Below are positions 18,401-26,091 of a DNA stretch of 64,000 nt, in pieces. The first letter of the stretch is position 1. The number at the start of each line of letters is the position of its first letter. The stretch is from Clostridia bacterium (GTDB lineage: Bacteria; Bacillota; Clostridia; Oscillospirales; CAG-272): the NCBI GenBank assembly GCA_017461365.1, contig JAFTYG010000008.1, forward strand, positions 81,908 to 145,907, read 5' to 3'. A program made the translations under genes and the position numbers. The notes under the pieces were generated by a model, which was not told the DNA's origin, searched no databases, and was given only the letters and a program-made list of their open reading frames with translations.

Positions 18401-19815
18401 AGATAGCTCTTGAGAATGCTACAAGCGAGAGCGAAAGAAAGGCTATCTACGAGGCAAGACAGCTTGTTATCAAGGGTAGCGAGATATTGAAGAATGCTAT
18501 CGATCGTACAAACGCAGACAGTCTGATGTCTAAGATCGCGGCTCTCAACGGTATTTACGGTGCTCCCGAGAGCGAACTCAAGGCACGCATCGCTGACGCT
18601 GAGAAGGTGCTTGAGGAATATCAGGCAGTTCAGCAGTTCCATGCTATCTATTCTGATATTTCGACAAATGCATTTGGCGATGCTCACAATACTGTTTACA
18701 AGGTCGAGGATGCTATAAAGGCTTACGAGGCGTACAAGGTTGCGTCTGACGATGCCGACAAGAAGGCAGCTTGGGAAAAATACGCTGCTATTCTCGGCGC
18801 TGATTACTCCGCAAAGCTCGTTGCAATGCTTGATGCTAAGGCTGCTTCCAAGGCGGCTCCCGATGATGCGGCTCTCAAGGCTGCATACGAGGCTGCTACA
18901 GCGGCTCTCAACGGACTCAACGCAGGATATGCTGTTGACGCTTACGATGCTATCAAGGCTATGAAGGAGCTCGAGCCCTACAAGCAGGCTTATATCACTG
19001 CGAGCGCAGGAACCGATGCTGAGGCTACCGCTGCGGCAAAGGCTGCGTTTGAGACTAAGCTTGCAGAAATTTACTCTTCCGAGCTTATTGGAAATTCTGT
19101 TTACAGCATCACATACGGCGGCACTGCAATAGGCGGCTCTCAGTTCAACCGTAATGCTAAGAAGACAGCGTATTCCGAGGCAACAGCAGCTGTTGATGCA
19201 GCTCTTAACGAGCTTTACACAGCGGCAGGTGAGGTAAAGGATGCTCAGGAGCTTCTTGACGAGGTATATACTCTCGCGGCTATCAAGGACGCGCTTGCTC
19301 TCATCAACGAGAAAGAGGCGTTCAGCTCTGAGGAGCGCGCAAAGCTCGTTGCTATCTGCGCAGGGCTTGAGACTTATATGCAGACAAACGCTCTTGCATA
19401 TGATGCTATCTTCGATTACGACGTTATGGATAACATAAACGCCGCTGTTGAGGATTATAAGGCTCTATATGATGCGACTGTTAAGGCAGGAACGCCTCAG
19501 GCTACATTCGATCCGATTAAAGACTACGAAATAGATAAGTTGAATACAGATGTGACCAAGTACTTCACATCTCCCGAGTTCAGCTGGACCGAGAAGATCG
19601 TTGAAGAGGATGAGTCTTCGGTATCCGTCGCAAAGCCCGTACCCAACACTAAGAAATATGAGTCCGACAACAACATGATAGTTCACGAGACGTTTGACAA
19701 CGGAAAGGAATTCCTCCTCAACTTCAACGACTACCGTGTTACTGTTGAACTGAACGGTACGGTTTATACCCTTGACGCTTATGGATACATCGTTATCAAA
19801 GCGGCTAACGCATAA
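15484..19815 (+). CDS. 1443-aa secreted protein of unknown function (possibly DUF5696-like) with an Ala-rich helical C-terminal region
   Basis: AGGAGG RBS. Signal peptide MKVIKLISTLLAVLMLASAFTILASA. No catalytic motif was recognised. The central part alternates strand- and helix-like segments (IEVFGALETTEKFLSIPIDVMTPLTTFEDIKTMY...). Residues ~960-1340 are Ala/Glu/Lys-rich. The DUF5696 assignment is a recollection, not verified. Confidence 0.6.
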   Translation: MKVIKLISTLLAVLMLASAFTILASAETSQTSGPVYSTLTGNGNSLMKYDKETDTYAYKTGEYLDAEGKTQVVDSAEEKIALMDYRYGTDKYELYVDAYSGEVAIRSKATGETLFTNPYNIGQSKATASDGSTKDEIMSQLIVHYTDVKADTSGTLYSYTWAAVRKQISVMNIKGGIRVEYTIGREESKSLLPRMIEATAMEEIFATIEANMEAAIAAGTIAESKVKDERHRLEQFKAYYSRYSLDDAINQEMHDKYCQDYPILEKFEQLAATDPTYEGFAIYVLDEANMGEQTIKKQEALIKEYCKEYTFQDMEEDHAYVEYEAETENYPLFKMALEYTVEDTGLVVRLPANGIRFNESLYRLDYIEILPYMGAGMNPNEGYTFFPDGSGTLFDFQEIAILGTRQLISGKVYGQDYAYHEVSGMYEEVIRYPVYGVYEKENLTKTETDADGNETTVEYTKDRGFVAIVEEGDSLIELSSSHGGVASEYNTVRLSVYPRPTDSYNIADAISVGSNTEWTVVSARKYTGSYKVRYIMLTEDEIAKEANAKAIAEGGVAETYYEPSYVGMALAYRDYLEKDLKVLTRLTSEDVSDDIPLYIEVFGALETTEKFLSIPIDVMTPLTTFEDIKTMYTNLKDLGDNSITNVNFIMKGFTDGGLTSPSVPYNLKWESAVSKEMDFEELTEYAKQEGFGLFPDFDFVFYSTNTLFDGLNANKHSAKTIDGRYTSKREYSATKHTYVSYYELALSSAYFSHFYEKFVPKYEKYSPIGISVASLGSYLNSDFDEDEPYNRADSQKYTEEAFAYIESELEGTEIMTSGGNAYSWKYVDHITDIALDSSRFSISSASVPFLGIVLHGYIEIAGTPINMEGNLDYAFLKSLESGSALKFILSYRNTEKLKDYETLSQYYSVNYDIWYDNGNGDLVTMYHALNDVLADVQTSTIIGHEFIEGVRVPDDDELMLDAEQAIKDAIEYEIALENATSESERKAIYEARQLVIKGSEILKNAIDRTNADSLMSKIAALNGIYGAPESELKARIADAEKVLEEYQAVQQFHAIYSDISTNAFGDAHNTVYKVEDAIKAYEAYKVASDDADKKAAWEKYAAILGADYSAKLVAMLDAKAASKAAPDDAALKAAYEAATAALNGLNAGYAVDAYDAIKAMKELEPYKQAYITASAGTDAEATAAAKAAFETKLAEIYSSELIGNSVYSITYGGTAIGGSQFNRNAKKTAYSEATAAVDAALNELYTAAGEVKDAQELLDEVYTLAAIKDALALINEKEAFSSEERAKLVAICAGLETYMQTNALAYDAIFDYDVMDNINAAVEDYKALYDATVKAGTPQATFDPIKDYEIDKLNTDVTKYFTSPEFSWTEKIVEEDESSVSVAKPVPNTKKYESDNNMIVHETFDNGKEFLLNFNDYRVTVELNGTVYTLDAYGYIVIKAANA

Positions 19816-19832
19816 GAAAGGAGAGGTTGACA

Positions 19833-20795
19833 ATGACAAATCAAATGAGTGTTAAACCTGCAAAGAGAAGAAAAGCAGCCTCTCTTGACAAGAGAAAGGC
19901 GCGCGGCGGATGGCTGTTCGTCGCCCCCTTCGTCATCGGATTTCTGTTTATATATCTTCCTATAATCATTGACTCCATCTCGTACAGCTTCTGTACAATG
20001 AAGGTGCTCGGAGGCGGAGCAAAGCCTGTATTTGAGTTTGTAGGATTTGAGAACTATCACGAAGCGCTGTTTGTAAATCCCGACTACGTCGAGACCTTGC
20101 TGACGGGCTTGCAGAACATGGCGTTCGATATTCCTATGATCCTTATATTCTCGCTCTTTATGGCTGTTCTTCTTAACCAGAAGATGGCGGGACGCGCTGT
20201 TTTCCGTGCTATATTCTTTATCCCCGTTATCCTTGCTACGGGTGTTATGGAGTCCATTGAGGCTCAGAACATCATGGGCGACTACATGGAGGAAGCGGGC
20301 GGTATCGACGACGGTTCGGGACAAAGTACCGCCAGTGATATTGTAAGCTCGATGGACGTCGAACAACTATTCGCGGGAATGGCGATAGGTGAAGGTCTTG
20401 TTGAGTACGTTACTACGGCTATCAACAATATCTACAACATCGTTAACCGTTCGGGTGTTCAGATGCTGATATTCCTTTCGGGACTTCAGTCTATCTCTCC
20501 CGCTATTTACGAGTCGGTACAGATCGACGGCGCTTCCGCTTGGGAGACCTTCTGGAAGATCACCTTCCCGATGATAAGCCCGATGATCCTTGTAAACGCG
20601 GTTTATACTATCATCGACTCTTTTACGACCGACTCCAACGTGGTCATGTCCTTTATATCCGAGCAGTACAACCAGCCTAACGGTAACGTTGTCAGCTCGG
20701 CGATGGCGTGGATGTACTTCCTCATTGTTATAGCGATAATCGCTATCGTGGCAGGTATCTTCTCGGCATTCGTATTCTACCAGAGACGAGATTAA
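19833..20795 (+). CDS. Carbohydrate ABC transporter permease, pair 2
   Basis: ATG at 19833, 6-7 nt after AAAGGAGAGG; the TTG at 19827 is less likely. EAA loop LSGLQSISPAIYESVQIDGASAWETFWKITFP. An acidic/Gly-rich loop insertion is present (MEEAGGIDDGSGQSTASDIVSSMD). Confidence 0.85.
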   Translation: MTNQMSVKPAKRRKAASLDKRKARGGWLFVAPFVIGFLFIYLPIIIDSISYSFCTMKVLGGGAKPVFEFVGFENYHEALFVNPDYVETLLTGLQNMAFDIPMILIFSLFMAVLLNQKMAGRAVFRAIFFIPVILATGVMESIEAQNIMGDYMEEAGGIDDGSGQSTASDIVSSMDVEQLFAGMAIGEGLVEYVTTAINNIYNIVNRSGVQMLIFLSGLQSISPAIYESVQIDGASAWETFWKITFPMISPMILVNAVYTIIDSFTTDSNVVMSFISEQYNQPNGNVVSSAMAWMYFLIVIAIIAIVAGIFSAFVFYQRRD

Positions 20796-20807
20796 GGAGG
20801 TGAAAAA

Positions 20808-21935
20808 ATGAACGCACAAAATATTGATAACAAACCCACAGTGAAAAAGAACACGAAAAGAAAAATTCGCGTTGATTTTGAGCGTGCGCCTCTTTGGGAT
20901 AGATTGAAGGCAAAATTCCTTTCACTCTTCTTCTTGAAAAAGGTAGTTTGGTACGTTTTCCGTCTGGTACTGCTGGTCGGTATCTCTTACATCGTTCTGT
21001 TCCCGTTCTTCACAAAGATCGCGGGCTCCTTTATGGCTCCCGAGGACTTCGTTGACGTAACGGTAAGACTTATACCTAAGACATTCTCGGTTGAGATGTA
21101 CACGGCAATATGGGTAGAGCAGGAATATATGTCGGCGTTTATCAACACCTTCTTCCTCTCGGTGAGCACGGCGCTTATACAGACCTTTATCTGCTGTCTT
21201 GTAGCTTACGGACTTGCTAAGTTTAAGTTCAAGGGCAACAAGCTCGTATTCCTGGCGGTCATCCTCTCTTTGACGATACCTCACCAGACCTTGCAGCTCT
21301 CGCTCTTTATGAAGTTCCTTGACTTCGATATTCTCGGAATTGTCAAGTTCTTCAACGGAGGCGGAATTGAGATATTCGGTCATACCTTCTTTGAAGGTCT
21401 GATAGATATTATTCCTTCGTCCACAACGGGAATCTGGTCGAGATTCCAGGACGGCTACGGAGTTACGCTTACGAACTCCTTCTGGCCTCTCATCATCCTC
21501 TCCCTTTCGGGACTTGCATTTAAGAACGGACTTTACATCTTTATGCTTCGTCAGTTCTTCAGAGGCGTTCCCGATGAGCTTGAGGAGTCGGCGTATATCG
21601 ACGGTTCGGGTATTATGCGTACATTCTTTACCATAATCCTTCCTCTGTCGGTGCCTATGATGATAACGGTATTCCTGTTCTCGTTCTCCTGGCAGTGGAC
21701 AGACGAGTTCTACACGGGACTCTTCTTCACCTCCACGACAGATACGTTGCTTATGCCCGATATTATCGGTATCCCCGCGTCGCTCGTAACAGACTACGCA
21801 GGTCAGAACCTGTACTATTCGGCAATACGCAATACCTGCGGACTTATGATAATTGCTCCGTTGATCGTTATGTACCTCTTCTGCCAAAGATATTTGGTTC
21901 AGGGTATCGAACGTTCGGGACTTACCGCAGACTAA
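20808..21935 (+). CDS. Carbohydrate ABC transporter permease, pair 2 (extended, 375 aa)
   Basis: AAGGAGG RBS. EAA loop ESAYIDGSGIMRTFFTIILPLSVP. It has a ~50-aa basic N-terminal extension and an extra loop insertion relative to typical ~280-aa MalG-type permeases. Confidence 0.85.
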   Translation: MNAQNIDNKPTVKKNTKRKIRVDFERAPLWDRLKAKFLSLFFLKKVVWYVFRLVLLVGISYIVLFPFFTKIAGSFMAPEDFVDVTVRLIPKTFSVEMYTAIWVEQEYMSAFINTFFLSVSTALIQTFICCLVAYGLAKFKFKGNKLVFLAVILSLTIPHQTLQLSLFMKFLDFDILGIVKFFNGGGIEIFGHTFFEGLIDIIPSSTTGIWSRFQDGYGVTLTNSFWPLIILSLSGLAFKNGLYIFMLRQFFRGVPDELEESAYIDGSGIMRTFFTIILPLSVPMMITVFLFSFSWQWTDEFYTGLFFTSTTDTLLMPDIIGIPASLVTDYAGQNLYYSAIRNTCGLMIIAPLIVMYLFCQRYLVQGIERSGLTAD

Positions 21936-21945
21936 TACAAATAAA

Positions 21946-21980
21946 AAATCGCTCACCCCGTTGGGGTGGGCGATTTTTCA
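21946..21980 (+). terminator. Intrinsic terminator closing the ABC-like locus
   Basis: A 12-bp stem atcgctcacccc/ggggtgggcgat with loop gttg, followed by TTTT. Confidence 0.8.
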
Positions 21981-22041
21981 TGTATATGATATATGGTGAT
22001 AGTGTTGAATATTCAATTTTGAGTGTAACTATTCAGCTATA

Positions 22042-22243
22042 GCTTCAAATTGGATGTTTATCTTTTTGACTTTGGCAAAAGGCAAGAACTTCGTTCTTGC
22101 GGCGGAATGTTTGATATGTTCGCCCCTACAATCGGTTAGATAAATTCAAACTCCCCGATAATTTCCAATTTGAAGAACACACCGCACGAACCTCGTTCGT
22201 GCCTTTTCGCCAACGGCGAAAAAGATAAACTCAAATTTGAAGC
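22042..22243. repeat. Short (~200 bp) member of the dispersed repeat family, with ~64-bp terminal inverted repeats (MITE-like)
   Basis: The left arm is gcttcaaattggatgtttatctttttgactttggcaaaaggcaagaacttcgttcttgcggcgg. The reverse complement of the right arm (gcttcaaatttgagtttatctttttcgccgttggcgaaaaggcacgaacgaggttcgtgcggtg) aligns at roughly 80% by eye. The centre matches modules of the longer copies at 35.8 and 59.2 kb in reverse orientation. Confidence 0.75.
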
Positions 22244-22265
22244 ATAAATTTTGTGTAATATCTTT

Positions 22266-22310
22266 TCTAAAAAAATTACCCTCCGCCTGAGAATGCCGAG
22301 CGGAGGGTAA
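22266..22310 (-). terminator. Intrinsic terminator of alaS
   Basis: On the minus strand, a stem taccctccgc/gcggagggta is followed by a T-run, directly after the alaS stop. Confidence 0.75.
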
Positions 22311-22318
22311 ATATTCAA

Positions 22319-24949
22319 TTACTTTAATTGACCTTTGAGAATATCAGCCGCGGAGGCGAGTGCTGTGTCGATCTTTGCGATCTCCTGTCCGCCTGCCATC
22401 GCGCTGTCGGGACGTCCGCCGCCCTTACCGCCTGTGAGAGCCGCGACAGCTCCGACGAGCTTGCCTGCGTGCGCTCCTGCCGCTACGGCTTCTTTGCCTG
22501 CGACAGCGATAAAGTTCAGTTTATTTCCGTTTGTCAGTGCGAGGACGGCTACTGCCTTTGCGTCCTTAGCCTTTATATCGTCAGCAAGATTTCTTGCCGT
22601 ATCTACCTGCATATCGTCGAGGCGCGCTGTGATCAGGGAGAGTCCGCCGACCTCTGTTGCAGAGGAAAGGATCGACGCGAGCTTGGTCGACGCGAGCTTT
22701 GCGTTGAGCGCTTCGAGCTCTTTCTTCATAGTATGGAGCTCACTCTGAAGCTGAGCGGCGCGCTTTACAATATCCGCGGGGTTCTGTGTGCGGAGCTCGG
22801 AGGCTGTTTCATTGATTACGGCATCCTTTTGCGCCATAAGCTTGAGCACACCGAGGCCTGTTACCGCTTCGATACGGCGAACGCCTGCCGCAACGGAGGA
22901 CTCGGAAACTATCTTAAACAGACCGATCTTGCCCGTATTATCGCAGTGTGTACCTCCGCAGAGCTCTGTGGAGAAATTACCCATCTTGACCATACGGACA
23001 ACACTGCCGTACTTTTCTCCGAAGAGAGCCATCGCGCCGCTCTTGCGAGCTGTTTCGATGTCTGTTTCGGTGGTGACGATACCGCTTGCGGCAAGGATAT
23101 TCAGGTTTACAAGGCTCTCGACCTTTTCTATCTCCTCGGTCGTAAGGGCGGTGAAGTGTGTGAAGTCAAAGCGGCAGATCTCGTTGCTTACGTAAGATCC
23201 CGACTGCTCTACGTGGTTGCCGAGAACCGTGCGGAGAGCCGCCTGAAGCAGATGGCAAGCCGAGTGGTTACGCTTGATGGCGTCACGTCTTGCGCTGTCA
23301 ATATCAGCCGTTACGGTGTCGCCTACCTTAAGCGTTCCGTTTGCGACGGTGCAAAGGTGGATATAAACGCCGTCGGATTTTTTTGTATCGTAGACGTTTG
23401 CGACAAAGCTGTCGGAGTAGACAGTTCCCGTGTCGCCTATCTGTCCGCCTCCTTCGCCATAGAAGGGTGTGCGGTCGAGGATGACCGAGCAATCTCCGCC
23501 CTCGACGGAGTCAACACTGCCCTCATCCGTAAGTATTGCGATGACCTTGGCGGTGCTTCTGTACTCGGTATATCCCGTAAACTCGGTCTTGGGAAGTCCC
23601 GAGATGAGTGTTTTGGAGCTTTCGTCCCATCCTCCGATATTGGCTCTTGCCTCTCTTGCGCGTGTCTTTTGCTGTTTCATAAGAGCGACAAAGGTATCCT
23701 CGTCGAGCTTGAGCTCGCTTTCAGCGGCGATCTCACGGGTGAGATCTATGGGGAAGCCGAAGGTATCGTAGAGCTTGAATACCTCTTCGCCCGAGATAGT
23801 ATCTTCTCTTGCGGCGAGGGTGTCTCTGATGAGGTTGGAAAGTATGGAAAGACCTGCGTCGATGGTAGCATCGAAGCGCTCCTCTTCCATAGCTATGACC
23901 TTAAGGATATAGTCCTTTTTCTCTCCAAGCTCGGGATATGCGCCAATGTTCTCTCCGATGACTACCTCGCAGAGCTCGCAAAGGAATGCGCGATTGATGC
24001 CGAGGAGCTTACCGAAGCGGCAAGCGCGGCGGAGAATTCTGCGGAGAACGTATCCGCGTCCCTCGTTGGAGGGGATAACACCGTCGCTTATCATAAACGT
24101 AGCGCTTCTGATGTGGTCTGTGACGACGCGGATGGAGATGTCGTCCTTAGCGTCGGCGCCGTATTCCTTGCCTGCGATAGCACAGACGGTATTGAGTATC
24201 TTGCGGACGGTATCGACCTCGAAGAGGTTGTCCACGCCCTGCATTACGCAAGCGAGACGCTCAAGTCCCATACCTGTGTCGATGTTCTTCTGCGCAAGCT
24301 CGGTGTAGTTGCCGTTTCCGTCGTTGTTGAACTGAGAGAATACGTTGTTCCAGATCTCCATAAAGCGGTCGCAGTCACATCCCGGCTTACAGTCGGGCGA
24401 GCCGCAGCCATACTTTTCGCCGCGATCGAAATAGATCTCGGAGCATGGACCGCAGGGGCCTGAGCCGTGCTCCCAGAAGTTGTCTGCCTTACCGAGGCGA
24501 ACTATACGCTCAGCGGGAACGCCGATCTTTTTATTCCAGATCTCAAAGGCTTCCTCGTCGTTTTCGTAGATAGAGGGCCAGAGACGGTCTGCGGGGATCT
24601 CGAGCCATTCGGTGAGAAATTCCCATGCCCACGGAATAGCTTCTTCCTTGAAATAGTCTCCGAAGGAGAAGTTACCGAGCATTTCGAAGTACGTGCCGTG
24701 ACGCGCTGTGTGACCTACGCGGTCAAGGTCGGGGGTACGGATACACTTCTGACAGGTGGTGACGCGGTTGCGAGGAGGTATCTCCTCGCCTGTGAAGTAT
24801 TTCTTCATAGGCGCCATGCCCGAGTTTATCAGAAGTAAGGATTTGTCATTGATGGGGACGAGCGGGAAGGAGGGGAGACGGAGGTGTCCCTTGCTTTCGA
24901 AGAACGAAAGATATTTTTCACGCAGGTCGTTTAAGGAAGTCCATTCCAT
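22319..24949 (-). CDS. alaS: Alanine--tRNA ligase
   Basis: 876 aa. The N-terminus MEWTSLNDLREKYLSFFESKGHLRLPSFPLVP and the editing-domain and C-Ala regions are typical of AlaS. Confidence 0.97.
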   Translation of the reverse strand: MEWTSLNDLREKYLSFFESKGHLRLPSFPLVPINDKSLLLINSGMAPMKKYFTGEEIPPRNRVTTCQKCIRTPDLDRVGHTARHGTYFEMLGNFSFGDYFKEEAIPWAWEFLTEWLEIPADRLWPSIYENDEEAFEIWNKKIGVPAERIVRLGKADNFWEHGSGPCGPCSEIYFDRGEKYGCGSPDCKPGCDCDRFMEIWNNVFSQFNNDGNGNYTELAQKNIDTGMGLERLACVMQGVDNLFEVDTVRKILNTVCAIAGKEYGADAKDDISIRVVTDHIRSATFMISDGVIPSNEGRGYVLRRILRRACRFGKLLGINRAFLCELCEVVIGENIGAYPELGEKKDYILKVIAMEEERFDATIDAGLSILSNLIRDTLAAREDTISGEEVFKLYDTFGFPIDLTREIAAESELKLDEDTFVALMKQQKTRAREARANIGGWDESSKTLISGLPKTEFTGYTEYRSTAKVIAILTDEGSVDSVEGGDCSVILDRTPFYGEGGGQIGDTGTVYSDSFVANVYDTKKSDGVYIHLCTVANGTLKVGDTVTADIDSARRDAIKRNHSACHLLQAALRTVLGNHVEQSGSYVSNEICRFDFTHFTALTTEEIEKVESLVNLNILAASGIVTTETDIETARKSGAMALFGEKYGSVVRMVKMGNFSTELCGGTHCDNTGKIGLFKIVSESSVAAGVRRIEAVTGLGVLKLMAQKDAVINETASELRTQNPADIVKRAAQLQSELHTMKKELEALNAKLASTKLASILSSATEVGGLSLITARLDDMQVDTARNLADDIKAKDAKAVAVLALTNGNKLNFIAVAGKEAVAAGAHAGKLVGAVAALTGGKGGGRPDSAMAGGQEIAKIDTALASAADILKGQLK

Positions 24950-24991
24950 AAAATTAGCCTCAGCTTTCTTAAAAAATCATTATATCATCTT

Positions 24992-25020
24992 ATTATATCA
25001 CTTTGCGAAAATATTGTCAA
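24992..25020 (-). promoter_or_regulatory. Consensus sigma-A promoter of alaS
   Basis: On the minus strand: TTGACA, 17 nt, TATAAT, about 40 nt upstream of the ATG. Confidence 0.65.
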
Positions 25021-25057
25021 TGGATTTAGTTACTTTTCTTTAAAAAAGTAAGCAAAA

Positions 25058-25082
25058 GCAGACCTATAAAAGTCTGCTTTTT
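25058..25082. terminator. Terminator hairpin downstream of the coaW-like gene
   Basis: gcagac, 8-nt loop, gtctc-type stem gtctgc, flanked by A-run and T-run so it is usable in both directions. Confidence 0.65.
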
Positions 25083-25110
25083 ATTTGCTCAGGTGCGTCT
25101 TTGCCGCTTT

Positions 25111-25959
25111 TCATTTGAGCTCCTTATCGGCAAGTGCCGCGCCTATGACCGTTGCGAACTGAGCGTTTTCGGGGATGATGAATTTTACGCCGAAGTTCTT
25201 TTCAAGTCCCTCGAACACTCTTGCGACAGAGGGAAGTGTGGTGAGGTTTCCCGTGAGCACTACCGTTTTTACGTTAAAGCTTCTTGCTGCGAACACCGAC
25301 AGCATAGCGATGGTCTCTGCTACCATATTGGAGATACCGAGCGCTATGTCGTTATTGTTGGCGATGTCCGAGAGCTTTCCAAAGTTCGATGCAGTCAGAT
25401 TTGCGTTTATCTGGAAATTGTTATCCTTGGAGATGTCGCGTATGCGGAGGTCGACGTTTTCGAGATCTCCCTCCGAGGCGAGCTGTTCAAGATGCTCGAT
25501 CGTATCGACTCCGAGCATTCTGCGAGAAAGTCCGAGCAGTGTGCCTCCTCCGACTCCCGTACCTCCGAGGTATTTCATTTCGGTAGCTCCGTTTTTATTT
25601 GCCGCGTAGATGAGCGCTGTACCCGTTCCCATGCTTACGACTATCGCCTCGTCGAGCCCAGATAGATAAAGACCGCCGCGCCCGACACATTCGAATTCCG
25701 AGATCTTACGGCATTCGAGTGAATAGATGGGCTTATCCATATAGGATGCTCCGACTCCTGTCATAAGCACTCGATCTATATCGTCGAGCGCGAGGTCGTT
25801 CTGAAGCGTGAACTTACCGAAAGCTCCGTAGACCGAGGTAATGGCATCGGTGGCTCTGACGAAAAGGGGCTCTATAAGCTCGCTTTTGTTTTCGTTTTGG
25901 CGGAAGCCTACTATCTTTGTGGTGCTTCCTCCAACGTCTATTCCTATAACTGTTCTCAT
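25111..25959 (-). CDS. coaW: Type II pantothenate kinase-like (ASKHA fold)
   Basis: The N-terminus MRTVIGIDVGGSTTKIVGF carries the ASKHA phosphate-1 motif. Later motifs are GGTGVGGGTLLGL and VVLTGNL. Length is 282 aa. The family call is from memory of CoaW proteins. Confidence 0.65.
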   Translation of the reverse strand: MRTVIGIDVGGSTTKIVGFRQNENKSELIEPLFVRATDAITSVYGAFGKFTLQNDLALDDIDRVLMTGVGASYMDKPIYSLECRKISEFECVGRGGLYLSGLDEAIVVSMGTGTALIYAANKNGATEMKYLGGTGVGGGTLLGLSRRMLGVDTIEHLEQLASEGDLENVDLRIRDISKDNNFQINANLTASNFGKLSDIANNNDIALGISNMVAETIAMLSVFAARSFNVKTVVLTGNLTTLPSVARVFEGLEKNFGVKFIIPENAQFATVIGAALADKELK

Positions 25960-26091
25960 ATAAAACCTCCCGAAAAAGGAAAAATTATCAAATTTTACAA
26001 ATATATTATAACATATTCTTGAAAAAAAATCAACTATATGATATAATATTTAGATGAGTGACAAAAATAAACATAAAAAGGACGGAACGTT

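Noticed and set aside
7327-21980. Absence of an ABC ATPase read as evidence that the locus is defective
   Set aside because: CUT1-type sugar importers in Firmicutes commonly use a shared MsmK/MsmX ATPase encoded elsewhere. All seven ORFs are also intact.
22328-24463. 711-aa plus-strand ORF opposite alaS
   Set aside because: alaS on the minus strand is unambiguous. The plus-strand ORF is a shadow ORF.
24950-25060. T-box leader upstream of alaS
   Set aside because: The consensus promoter leaves only a ~40-nt leader. That is far too short for a T-box, and no specifier or T-box sequence is visible.
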